A stretch of DNA of 64,000 nucleotides from Asterias rubens (taxonomy: Eukaryota). Where the stretch lies: NCBI RefSeq assembly GCF_902459465.1, contig NC_047081.1, positions 9,796,001 to 9,860,000 of the forward strand, read 5' to 3'. Below are positions 1 to 11,485 of the stretch, one piece after another. Positions within the stretch are counted from its first letter, which is position 1, and each line of letters starts with the position of its first letter. A program made the translations under genes and the position numbers. Below the pieces are notes generated by a model. It ran no database searches. It had not been told where the DNA came from and saw only the letters and a list, made by a program, of their open reading frames with translations.

Positions 1-931
1 TGCCATGAGCATCACAAACTGTTGTGAAGTGCAATAATTCTTTATCGTCACACCGTTCGCACAAACTTAGATATGTTACGAGTTATATTGAACAAATTTA
101 ATAATACAATCTAATACAAATTTGAGAATTTCTTTGAGTGGGTATGTGTAGACTCGCGCAAGTCGTGCGCGTAATCAAACATTTTTGATTGACCACTTTG
201 GTAAACAAACTCGCGCACATTTACGGGTCCCAATGTTTCAATTATTGTGAGACTTCTACAGTCTAATATGAACGATATTTATCTTTAGAAGAGTAATCTA
301 TGGTTCATATACTTTAAAATATACCTGAACTCTGCACAATCAATGACATCACTTTTGCTCAAAATACCTTTATGTCTAACAAATATTTCACCACAAAGCT
401 CTCACACGATCACCGAATCTGCTTGCCAAAATGCATGAGTACAGTTTGTACATGCGAGTAAACTTATGTATGCGCGTACCTTAGATCATCTGAGATCTGG
501 GGACGGAGCTTTTATTTTTACCGCGAAGTGCGGAGTGATTTTTTTTTTTTTTTTTTTTTTAATACTTTGAAAACCTAAGTTTCTATAAAGGCATGAAAGG
601 AGATACAAATCTACCTCCATCTTAAAGTATTTTCTGCTAAAAAGCTTTATGAAATTTGGCCCAGGTCAGTTGTTTGCAACAACACAAACTGATTGCATTA
701 TAACTTTTATCTCTTCTATAAGTTTAAATCTTATACCATGTAAATTATGTTTTTTTTTCTAATTAATTTGATTGTATAAGTGTAAGTTTCTGTTTTGTTC
801 AAAGAAAATGTGTTTTCATAGAACTGATATCCTAGGCACATTGCAGACATCATGTGGAAAATCAAGCCATGTATAGGCACCAGACTGTATAGTACACATT
901 CCCTTATATGGGTCTCCTTTTATTTCATCGC

Positions 932-1133
932 CAGGCCCAATTTCATAGAGCTGCTTAAGCATAACAAGTAGCTAAGCATAACAAGTATTCGTGCCTACTA
1001 GAATAAGCTTACCAGCTAATAAACTACCATGTCACATGTACAATTTTGTGACTGGTATCCTGCTCTTTTCTGCTTAGCTGACATTGTTGAGCAACATTTT
1101 CTGCTCTTAAGCAGCTCTATGAAATAAGTCCCA
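932..1133. mobile_element. PIF/Harbinger-type MITE (GGCCCAATTTCATAGAGCTGCT TIR, CWG flanks)
   Basis: Inverted ends GGCCCAATTTCATAGAGCTGCTTAAG / CTTAAGCAGCTCTATGAAAT. Relatives near 23648-23891, 32755-32975, 37985-38240, 40678-40927 and 46580-46821. Confidence 0.65.
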
Positions 1134-1654
1134 GATCTCAAAAATTAGAATGTCGGCCATTTTGATGCCCTGCATTGTGTACCAATATTTCAAAGTAGCT
1201 CAGGGAGTCATTGTTACAGCTGGGACCTTAGCTGTCGGTTAAGCATTTGTGGACCTCGTCTCACTCAACAGCAGTTATGAATCACATTGATTTAACTGGA
1301 TATTTTGTTGTTATTTAAAGAAAGAGTTTCTCTTGTTGTCTCTCCGCTTCACCTTTGACCTTGACCGTATTTTTTAACTACAAGTTTCTTGCATTGCAAT
1401 TACAGTGTTGTCTCATTTGACTGCCTGTATATTGTTTTCTTGTATCAATGGCCAAATAAATACCACAATAATAATATTAACGACAATTATAAAGAGATTA
1501 ATTGATTTTGCATCATGTAAATTTGATTCGCCCTCATGTGGTCAAAGATACTAAGATTTTTTATATATTTATCTGCTCTAAAAAATGTTGCATTGGGAAA
1601 GGATGACGGCATATTATTCAAAGGAATGTTACGAGTACATGTGCCAACCTTTAA

Positions 1655-2024
1655 AGGCAGTGGACACTATTGGTAATTACTCAAAATAATTACTAGCATA
1701 AAACCTTTCTTGGTGACAAGTAATGGGGAGAGGTTGGTGGTATAAAACATTGTGAGAAACAGCTTAAGTGCCATAGTTTTGGAGAAAGAAGTAATTTTCC
1801 ACGAATTTTATTTCGAGACCTCAAGTTTAGAACTTGAGGTCTCGAAATCAACCATCTAAACGCACATAACTTCATGTGACAAGGGTGTTTTCTTCTTTCA
1901 TTAACTCGCAACTTTGATGACCGATTGAGCTCAAATTTTCACAGGTTTGTTATTTTATGCATATGTTGAGATACACCAACTGTGAAGGCTAGTCTTTGAC
2001 AATTACCAATAGTGTCCACTGCCT
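1655..2024 (+). mobile_element. Kolobok/T2-type MITE (TTAA TSD, AGG termini), full length
   Basis: TIR AGGCAGTGGACACTATTGGTAATT at both ends; TTAA at 1651-1654 and 2025-2028. Confidence 0.85.
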
Positions 2025-2865
2025 TTAAACAATTTTTGCCAATATAGCTGTGGGTTTTGTTATTCTAAGCGGGTCGCTTTTATTTACTTTTTGGCGTACA
2101 AAAGAGACGATTTTGAGAAGTCTATTTCGATAATTTGTATAATTTGTATAAAATTGTTGTGCTAAGCAGCTCTATGAAATTGGGCCCTGATGTTCAAACA
2201 CCTTGTGCAAAATAAACACTGCTTCAGAAATGTATAATTCTGAAGGCCGGTTCATACTTCCTTGGTTTCCACTGCTTACACAGCGCGAGAAGTCTAAGCC
2301 GGAGCTGGGGAGACGGAGCTCTTGGGATCATGCTTCGGTACAGGGGAAAAAACAGTTGTGATAAAAATGACACAGTTTTTGAAAATGCTTCAGATTTGGT
2401 TAAGGTGAAGGTTAAGGTGACGGTGGTAAACATTTTATTGTATTCATTTATAATTACTGAACAAATTGAAATAATGACGATCAAATTTAATTCAGATTTT
2501 AGTAATAACATTTCAAACTGTTTATTTCCATTCACGAAACCCGAGAGTTTGTACTAGAAGTTGATTGTTTTCAAATAATAAAACGGACCAAAGCACAAAA
2601 TGAAATTCAGCGTCTTTGTGATATTTTGTATGCAAATTAAGTTGTTGCTTCTTTGACGTGTCTGTCAACAGAGAAATGAAATTTACATGTTCAGTGCATT
2701 TAAAATAGAAACTAATTTGACAGCCATTTGCGGTCACTATCGGCAGGTTCGTACAAGTTGCTCTCAGAGGTTGAGTTTTTAACAGAGTCGCGTGGCTAGG
2801 AGGACTAGTGCACCAGACTCAATTTTTTGGTGTATTTATACTGAGCAAGACACTCATCTATTATT

Positions 2866-3107
2866 GGGTGCGTTCGTTTAGCTTCCCTGGGTCTACCCCG
2901 GTTTGCCCCAATACATTTGAATAGCTCTGACAGGGCTCACCCCGGTCAGCCCCCAGTGCCCTGCTTGTGGAGTGGTCACTTGGGGGTGACCTAAGGTGCA
3001 TGTCGTCACCACGAGAGGGCGAGTGTGATTGTTCGATTAGCTCTTGTCAGGGGCTCACCCGAGTGAGCACCGCGGGGTAGACCCAGGGAAGCTAAACGAA
3101 CGCACCC
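2866..3107. mobile_element. MITE with 35-bp perfect TIRs, nested in a SINE
   Basis: GGGTGCGTTCGTTTAGCTTCCCTGGGTCTACCCCG and its exact reverse complement at the other end. Confidence 0.85.
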
Positions 3108-3455
3108 ATAGTTTCATCCTTCAGATGTGATGTGGAGCTGTTGGTCCTTCGTGTTGTGTAGTGCCAGCATAAGAACCCAGTACTTTTATCGTTCCTAGTA
3201 TTCTTTATCTCCAATGCAAATTTAACATCTATTATGATTATGAATCATAATTGATTTGTGCAATTCACAATCATCGACGTTAACCCAATGCTTTTATGAG
3301 AGATATTGGTGTTCATTTCCCCTATGGGAGGTTGGAAATTATGGGAACCTTATCCAAACAAACTCGAACAAGATGCTTTTTGATGCCCATAGATGACACC
3401 CAAAAATAAAGCGCTATACAAGAACCCAGCAATATCATCAACATGTTTCAATTGA

Positions 3456-6400
3456 TCAACTGGCATCTGACTCTGTTTTACCATATCTAGCCACTAGTTC
3501 ATCAGTTAGAGAGGGACGGCACCAGTCTAAGGCACTTATAAAGTGTTTTTGTTGTACGAAGCAGGAGTCCACATTGTCCAAGCCGTGCTCCTCAAGCGCC
3601 AAGAGGCCAGCCTTTAAGACAAAAAATAGAAAATGAAAAAAAAAGGTCTTAAAAGTATGTAGAAGATATGGAGGTATTGTGGGATATGTTTTGGAAGTAT
3701 GATTTGATTATTTACATGTATAAACATATAACATGGATTCAGGGTGGACACCTCGGATAAAGAAAAAATGTCATAGTTTTTGTTTTGACCTCTTTTTTCT
3801 CTTAAGTTCTGCATCATTGAATTTTGGGAAAGCAATATATTCACGTGTGCCATCATCTTTTGATGCAAGCGAGAGTTCCATTGCTTGCTTCATAAAGCCC
3901 ATGCATAGTAGACCATTATACGTGCACATTGATATTTGGCCTACACTGTTGCCCATGGCATGGCGCATTATAAATATACACTATTAGTGTGTAATGCACT
4001 ATGTACAAACAAAGTCTATTTCTTATAATAGTTACCTCTCTACAAAGCCCTTCTAAATCTGCTCCCGTGTACATATGAGTAACGTCAGCTAGATCCTCAA
4101 GACACACGCCTTCATCTAGTGGCATACGCTGTGTGTACACAGACAATATCTCCAGTCTTCCCTATAGGTAAAAACAATTTCAGAATCATTTCATTTATTC
4201 ATTTCATTTCACTTTATTCTGGTTGTAAAGCCAAGGACTCGCACAAAAACGAACTTCAATGATGAGAGGAGACATGGAAGGAAGTTTCAGTTTTAGATGT
4301 TGGAGGAAAACCCACACGATCAATTAGGGACTGATTTGGAATTACAAAGAGTTAACATCATGTGACAACCTTGTTCATATTAAATTTTGTGGGGGCTTGA
4401 AAATAACTCCATTGTGTCCCGTAATGAACGTCAAATAACATCAACACGAGTAGTCACAAATTCGATTTAAAACAAAAGCAGGATTTGAAAAGTAGGATTT
4501 GAGTAAAACTAAGATCATACTGATGGAAACGTTGAGTCGTTAACCACTGATCTTTTCAGAACAAACAGTACTCAAAAGAGATTTACACCAAGTGCTACCG
4601 CAAACCTCACTTTACAACAAAAGTGTTTTATAACTTACTTGTTTATCGGGTGGTGGTACGTAGATCAAGCAGTCGAAGCGCCCAGGCCTAAGCAATGCTC
4701 CATCAATCAAATCGATCCTGTTACTAGCACCAACAACTAGCACCCTTGGTGTATTCATCTCCGCTTTACCATCACCAGCCCCGCCCTCAGTGGGTGTGTC
4801 CTCACCGGGCGGGACACCTATGCCATCCATCTCTACTAGGAGGCAGGAAAGGAGGCGCTCTGATTGGCCGCGCCCTTTTTCGGTGCCACGCCCACCTATC
4901 AAGGAGTCTAACTCATCCAGGAAGACAATGGCGGGCGTCGTCAACCTCGCCTTCCGGAAGACCTGAGTTGGGTGAAAGTCAATTTGTATCGTCATTATAT
5001 CTTGAGATAATTTTTAGAATTAGTGACAAGGGTGAGCCTTGACTTTAGTTTTTCTACCGACATACCTCACTAATGATTTTCTCCGAGTTACCAACGAATG
5101 GAGAGTAGAGCTCGGCACAGCTGAGTGAGAGGAACGTTGCCTTGCACGCTGTGGCAGCAGCCTGGGCCAGCGTTGTCTTACAGCAACCAGGCGGTCCGTA
5201 GAGCAACACCCCCGATGGGCCTCGGACCCCAAGCCGAGCAAAGCTCTGCCAGTGTGTCATCGGCCACTCCACCGCCTGAAACAACAGATTGATGTTTAGG
5301 GAACATGTAAAGCTCTTGTTAATCACAGATTTTGTTGTTGATGACAAAAAGTACTATTAAGGCCAGAAATTAGAAGATAAGGGATGAATTTCACAAAGAG
5401 TTAAGATTAGTCTTATCTCGTGTTAAGACGAGTTACTCGTCCTAACTTTGGACTAGCCTTAAGTTTTTACTATCTCCTAGGACTAGACCTAAGTTTGGAC
5501 GAGTCCTAACTATTTGTAAAATCGCCCCAAGATCATCCAAAAATGCACTTCTGCGAACATCACTTCTGTTTTTGTTTTTTGTTTTTTTTATGCTTCGAAC
5601 ATAAAAATTGAAACAGAACTATACCTGTTTGAGTTGTGACTTGACGTCTGTCAGTCCACCAATAGCATCCCACCCCACCGGCTGAAGCTCCTTCAAGATA
5701 GACCCTGCTGCTCGATGAAGGGAGGGTGTCACATGACTCAGAGAACCAATAAAATCCTCCAAAGTCACAGTAGGGCATTCCTGTATTCCATCAAATAAAA
5801 CAACGTTATTTATAAATCTCATTTGTTTGTGGTATTCACTGGTTTTAGCAAAACCTTGTGAATTATGTATCCTTTTTTTTTATACAGCTACCCAACTAGA
5901 GTTCTTACAAAAGTAAGCCATTTGTATCGTTTAGAAGTGTATGCAAAAATAATAGTTTTAATTATGCCCGCATTTTCATCAGGACTCAAGTTTTCCAGAA
6001 ATCATCTCTACTCCTTAAAGGCATTGAACACTATTGGTTATTACTAAAAATAATTGTTGGCATAAAAACTTACTTGGAACGAGAAAGTTTTGGGGAAAGA
6101 GGTTATTTTTCACTCAAACAATAAAAAACTTCAGCCCTGAAGCCTTTTATCAAGCATCTGAAAGCACAGGGTATTTTTTCTGTCATTATTCTTGTGCAAC
6201 TTCGATGACCACTCGAGTCCAAATTGTCACAGGTTTGTTATTTTATGCATATGTTGGTATACACCAAGTGAGATTTCCGGAATTTGACAATTACCAAAGG
6301 TGTCCAGTGCCTTTAACACAGATTAGACTTACCAGTGAGTTGGACAGACCTCCGTCTGCCTGATCTTGACTGATTCGGCCTAGAGCTCTGAATATAGCCT

Positions 6401-8784
6401 GCTGGCACAGCGAGGCAAGATCTGCCCCGTTGTAGCCATTGCACTGCTTCGCCAACTCACTCAGATCCACATTATCTGCAAGATGCATGCCCTGACAATG
6501 GCACTCTAATATGGATGCTCTCTGTGATGTGGTAGGCATGCCTACCAAAACCTAGGAAATGAACAACACGAGTGGCTTTTGATTTCTTTTCTCTTACAGA
6601 AATAATTTGACATAAATTTCATCAAAATGATTTCATATGATGATGATTATGAAGACCGAGAACAAAACAGAAAAGGGAACACAAAAGGACTCCGTGGAGG
6701 AATTCTAAAGGCTGATGAGGTGCTCCACAAAGTTTATGGGAGTTTCTTGAATACAGGGTCGCATGCTTATTTCTTATCCGGCAATATTTTAAGGGAAGCT
6801 TTCTATCATCATTATCTTTAAACCGTGTAAGTTTGAAATAAATCTGTGGAAGTTTTTGTTTTGTGTCGTACAAAAAGTACCCAAACCCTTTAAGAAAAAC
6901 TTTCTCTCATGAACTCACAAATCCTAGACTTTACCTCTTGGTCAAACCTTCCAGGTCGTCTCAGCGCTGGATCCAACGCATTAGGTCTGCTGGTTGCCCC
7001 GACAACCAGCACTTTACTCTGACCCCTGACCTCATCCATTAGCATCAGGAGCTCGGCAACGACCCGGCCCTCGTGTGTTCCTCCGTCGCCGTCCCTCTTG
7101 GGGCAGAGTACGTCCAGCTCGTCGATGAAGAGGATGCAGCGGTGGGTCTCGGCGATCGTCTTGGCCTTAACGAACACCTGGCGTAGGTTGGTCTCACTCT
7201 CTCCAGGACTTGATCCGAATATTTCTGCTCCATTGATTTGTAAGAGACACACCTGAAAAATACATTTAAAAACATCAATCATCCAAGGAAGCTAACCAAA
7301 TAAATTTGATTTCAGGCCTTGAACTTCACTCTTGAGGGGGCACTCTATGACGAAAATTATTTTGGGGGTTATTTTGTGGCCTGTTCTTTGCATAATTTCA
7401 CAAAGCTTTTTGGAATAATTTTGCAACATTTTTTTTTTTCACAATGTGAACCAAGCAGACATCTGCTCTAGCAATGCCAATGTCTTGGTTTGAATCCCAT
7501 CCATGTGATTTGCCTGTGTTTTTTGTACAGAAGATGAAAAATCGAGATAACTTTTAAAAAATGGGTTTTAAGAACCTTGCATTGTGAAGCAACAGACTGC
7601 ATCAACGACGTCTTGCCGCATCCTGGAGGTCCTCTCAACAGAATCCCGTGAGACTGCATCAGTCCGAGTCTCCCCAGTGACTCTGGATATTCAGCGGGGT
7701 ACTCGATGAGTTTCTTGAGTAACGACATCGCCTCCTCAAGACCTCCGACCTTAACTCCGCGACGATTTGAATAATGCTGCGTTGATTCGGTGCTAGAGAT
7801 GTTCTGAATGTGGATTTTTGTCTTCTCGGTGATCAACTGCACAAATGAACTGCCACCTGAAGGATAGGATGATGAACTATCAACATGGGGTAGCTCTGTA
7901 CTATCATGTGATACCCTCGAACTCGAGACTTCATCGACTGATGTCGCTTTGGACGACAATGATGAGAGTGAAGCAGAGTGTTCCTTGGCATGAATAGTTT
8001 TCGACTTAGAGAAGTCAGAGGATGCATCTTGAATCGGCGATGAAGACGGATCTAAGGCAGGTGATGTACTCTGTTTATCAGAAGATGCTTCACTCGTAGA
8101 GTTGTTTTCAGCCCTGTTTAAGTTATCGGACAGAAGGGGTAAAGGTACGTCACCATCACCACCTACAAATGAGTTACCAGATTCTTCTTCCGCAGATTGG
8201 GTACAAGAAACACCCTTTTCTCTTTGATTTGAAGCTCGTCCCAAGCCTGTTTGATTATTCTTCTCCACTAAACACTCATCAACAGCAATGTGTAGAATCT
8301 TCGGACCTGCAAACCCGGAACTCGACTGGATCGATATCATACAACCTTTCCTAACGGCGTATCCCACCAGGAGATGCCGGAGCTGTCTAATCACGGCCTC
8401 TCTCGATGCTTGCTGAAGATGTCTTAGATTCTTAAAATCGGTGATGAGGGAAACTTTGATTCCTTGAGACGGAGGCGGCTTTGGGATCAGCTTTATGGAT
8501 TCAACGGTAACGCAGTTCGTCTTTGATGTCTGGGATCTGGACTCCTCCGAGTGCACAGTTACGGTTTCTTGAACCTCTATCCAACCATCTTGAAGATCGT
8601 TCCTTAGCCACAACGAGCAGATGCTTTCATAACCGTCATGTTGGACAATACACCAGCTTCCCAGAGGTACTCCGAGCTTGTCAAGCTCGGTTGGACCAAC
8701 AAAACAGCGCTGAGTGCTACTCCCCAACATTGATGTTAAATTTATTATTGACATGTCGATGCACCGATGTTGAGTCTTGACCAT
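3456..8784 (-). CDS. SPATA5L1: AAA+ ATPase SPATA5L1/AFG2B (ribosome biogenesis), 8 coding exons, ~905 aa
   Basis: Exons (minus): 8784-7576, 7252-6935, 6551-6333, 5780-5625, 5275-5066, 4962-4639, 4161-4036, 3611-3456 (TGA). All introns are GT-AG and phase 0, and the frame stays open. D1 has GPPGCGKT, FIDELD and RRPGRFD; D2 has GPPGCCKT, FLDELD and LRPGRFD. GSSPGESETNLRQVF and SPFVGNSEK match SPATA5L1 rather than SPATA5/VCP. An acceptor AG lies directly before the ATG, implying a non-coding first exon (candidate donor at 9296). Confidence 0.92.
5381..5529. mobile_element. Palindromic MITE (GGGATGAATTTCACAAAGAGTTA / TAACTATTTGTAAAATCGCCCC ends)
   Basis: Imperfect inverted termini and internal GGACTAG/CTAGTCC-type palindromes; SPATA5L1 intron 4. 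Confidence 0.55.
6019..6312 (+). mobile_element. Kolobok/T2-type MITE, diverged subfamily
   Basis: TTAA-AGGCATTGAACAC ... GTGTCCAGTGCCT-TTAA, in SPATA5L1 intron 3. Confidence 0.75.
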
Positions 8785-9643
8785 CTGAGAAAAAAATTAA
8801 TAATCAGAGTTATATTACCTAAATCAGGCTAATAAAAATGACCACTGGGCGCTGTTGATTTTTGTTGCAAATTTATTCCTTTTCAACGAAGGAATGATTT
8901 AAATGAAGTTATTAACCCCCTGCTTAAGTTAATGCAATCAGAATCATTATGTGATGTTCTCAAAATTTTCTTGTGTTTCGATTGAAACATCATTGTAATA
9001 ATAAAAAACAATTCAGTTAGTATGAAGAAGTCGTAATAGTATAATTTATTTATAAAACCAAAACCGATAAAAGTAACTATAATAAAACTAGCATATATTG
9101 TTGTCAATCTGATTTTTATTAATATCTGAAAAAGCTAAACTTATGTTGTTTATTTTTATTGATGAATATTGGTGAAAGTCACAAGTGGCAATTTCATTCA
9201 CAACTCAATCAATTTAAAATTTTAGTATACAAACAGATCAGGATATTGAATATTCATAATAAAAAAAAACTTAAATATGGGGGTTTTTTTTTTTACCGCA
9301 CTTCACCAGAGTTTGTTGTCTTCGAAGTAGCCCTTATTCTTAATTTGACCTGTCCTTCCTCCTGTAGACTATGAACTGATTGAAGCTATGCAAAGGCGCT
9401 TGGTCGTTATGGTTACAGATCCTCTAAATCTACATCATTGGCGGCACCTTACCTAGAGTTTGAGTTGATGAGATTACAACACTCAGTGGTCAGTCAGTGT
9501 TGTTTTGAATAATCAGTAAACACGTGTGCGGTAATATGTTAAAATCGATCTAGACTCCATGATTGCATTTTACAAGTCAAACGAAATAGGCACCAGTCTA
9601 GAGGTAAATGAGTTTCTCAAACTAAAGAGGGCGCTATTCCAAG
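8785..9643. promoter_or_regulatory. Bidirectional promoter region SPATA5L1/MRPL54
   Basis: Divergent start codons 860 bp apart. YY1-type AAGATGGCG at 9641-9649 overlaps the MRPL54 ATG; a CCAAT-like motif lies at ~9437-9443. Confidence 0.6.
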
Positions 9644-11302
9644 ATGGCGACTTCCATGAACAAGTTTTGTACTTTCATCATGCGACAACAAATTATCAGT
9701 AAAACAACCCTTTTCCCAAGTATTTCTCAGCGAACATGTCTGCCATATCAACATCCAGCTGGTCAAGGTGTCGTTTTCAAAATTCAGGCAGCTACATTCG
9801 CAAAGAAAGCAGGTAAAAACGTAGATTTTAAATTTAAAACATTACTACTTTTATTTAATTTTAAAGTTCAATGCGCCGTATTTTTGACCGCGTGATGGCG
9901 CTCTTAAACATATTTGTATCACTTTCTGGGGGGTATTCACCATTATTCATTCATACCCAAAACGGTTATTCATAAATACCCCAGACAGTTTCTCTACTCC
10001 TATTGGTGGAGAGCGCGTCATGTGGGGGTGTTTAAACGGTTGATAATGACCAGTGACCCCAGTGTTTATAACCGGCTAGCTTCCGCGTGTCAGGCGCGCA
10101 AGATTATCATGCGGAACGCTATTCATAGCTATTAGTAACAGCGCGTAATCTACTTCTAAGCGTGCGCATAATCTATTTCTAAGCGTGTGCGTGCACACAA
10201 CCCATGTGCAACAGACTCTTCATTCACAAAGTTTTTGACAAAAATATTTCAAACCTCAAATTTTCAACTGTCAAAGTGTCTGTAATTGTATTTTTTTAAC
10301 GTTTTTTAACAAAAGGGCAGTTATGAATGCGAATAAAAGAGTAATGACTCATTTTTAAATGTCAGTTTAAAACCTTGCAGGGTCGTTGCCGTGCGCATAT
10401 AGCCCGAGCCTTCGGCTCGGGCCTTGATTACACGGCAATTCGACCCTGCCGGCTTTAAACGGCCGTGTAAACTGTAAGCACTCATCGCTACCCATTTATT
10501 CCCTTATTTGATTAAAGACTGGAACACATTACCCCTGGAAGTGATGAAAATAATATTCAGAGCGCTCTCGCAGTCAAAAATACGGTACATTCAAACCAAA
10601 AGTCAAAGGCAAAGCAACTATTTATCATTATTTTAATTTTTTATTCATTAATTAAAATAAGACTGAATGCAGACAATTGCAATTAATTACCCGAGTTGCA
10701 ATTAAAACATGGTGTTTTTATTGTGGTTTATTTTGCATTTAATTATTTAATACTTCCAATAATTAATTCAGATATATGTCAACATTGGAACGTCCAGTTA
10801 TTGTTTATTGGCAATAAATAAGGATCTGGAATTGCTTTGCTTTGTATACATAGTACTTATAATATATATAAGAACAGAAGAAGTGTTTATATTGCATTCC
10901 TCGTGTGTCTGTCAGTTCAATGCCAACATTGAACAGTCAGTTATTGGCAACAGCTTTATTTTGTGTCAAAATAAGGTCATATCAACAAGAATTAGCCTCA
11001 CTTCTTCTTTCCTTCTGTCATACACAGGAAGAGGCAGGTCAGTTGAGCCCAAAGAGTTAATGCAAGTCAACACAGACGCAGAATACCTCGTGTCACACTG
11101 CTCCGGCTCCAACTACTTCAAGGAGGGGCAAGACATAAAGCTCGGACCCGATGAGGACTACCCAGACTGGCTGTGGGATCTTCACATAGGACCTCCGTTG
11201 AAGTTGGAGGAGATGTCTCAAGACTCACCTCAGTACTGGAGGAAACTACGAGAGATGCACATGAAGAGGAACAATCGACTCGCTAAGGTGAAAAAGTTTT
11301 AG
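9644..11302 (+). CDS. MRPL54: Mitochondrial ribosomal protein mL54, 2 exons, 147 aa
   Basis: Exons 9644-9812 (donor GTAAAA) and 11028-11302 (acceptor ACACAG), phase 1. The N-terminus is basic and transit-peptide-like. The C-terminal NYFKEGQDIKLGPDEDYPDWLWDL...YWRKLR...NN is typical of mL54. Confidence 0.92.
9896..10080. repeat. Dispersed repeat family (copies at 25799-25903 inverted and 43415-43650)
   Basis: GGGGGTGTTTAAACGGTTGATAATGACCAG is shared in inverse with 25820-25850; ATTCATTCATACCC...GTTAT is shared in inverse with 43615-43630. Confidence 0.65.
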
Positions 11303-11303
11303 G

Positions 11304-11485
11304 CAGGACTGATACTTCACACGGAGGCATCAAGGGCGACTGCCTCCATGCCCCCTAGTCTTTGCCTTGGTGCCCTCCTTGAAATGCTATAATAGAAATT
11401 TACAATTTCCTCATAGAGTGCACTTTACCAAGGAGAAAATGGCTTGCTGCCCTTGCCCTTTCAAAGACCGAAGCGTGCAGGCCTG
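11304..11485 (+). mobile_element. CAGGCCT-ended Harbinger-like MITE in MRPL54 3' region
   Basis: CAGG(A/C)CTGATACTTCAC...GCCCTTGCCCTTTCAAA...CAGGCCTG; a related inverted copy lies at 30603-30690. Confidence 0.55.

Noticed and set aside
1693-1911. Recurrent ORFs with HPCHTKLCAFRWLISRPQVLNLRSRNQIRGKLLLS (also 13468, 18549, 29630, 39819, 60439)
   Set aside because: They are chance translations of the Kolobok-type MITE body, with variable frames and stops and no transposase motifs; not a gene family.
3771-3968. ORF MRHAMGNS...KQKL as the last SPATA5L1 exon
   Set aside because: No good acceptor and no homology; the exon at 3611-3456 has a proper acceptor and the expected LLAL...HF..AL....PSL sequence.
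7468-7575. C-terminal tail of the 438-aa ORF
   Set aside because: Intronic read-through past the donor at 7575; the same applies to the flanks of most exon-containing ORFs in the track.
9430-9445. GCCGCCAATGATGTAG on the minus strand as a Kozak-type uORF
   Set aside because: Only Met-Met-stop, and equally explained as a CCAAT box; TSS unknown.
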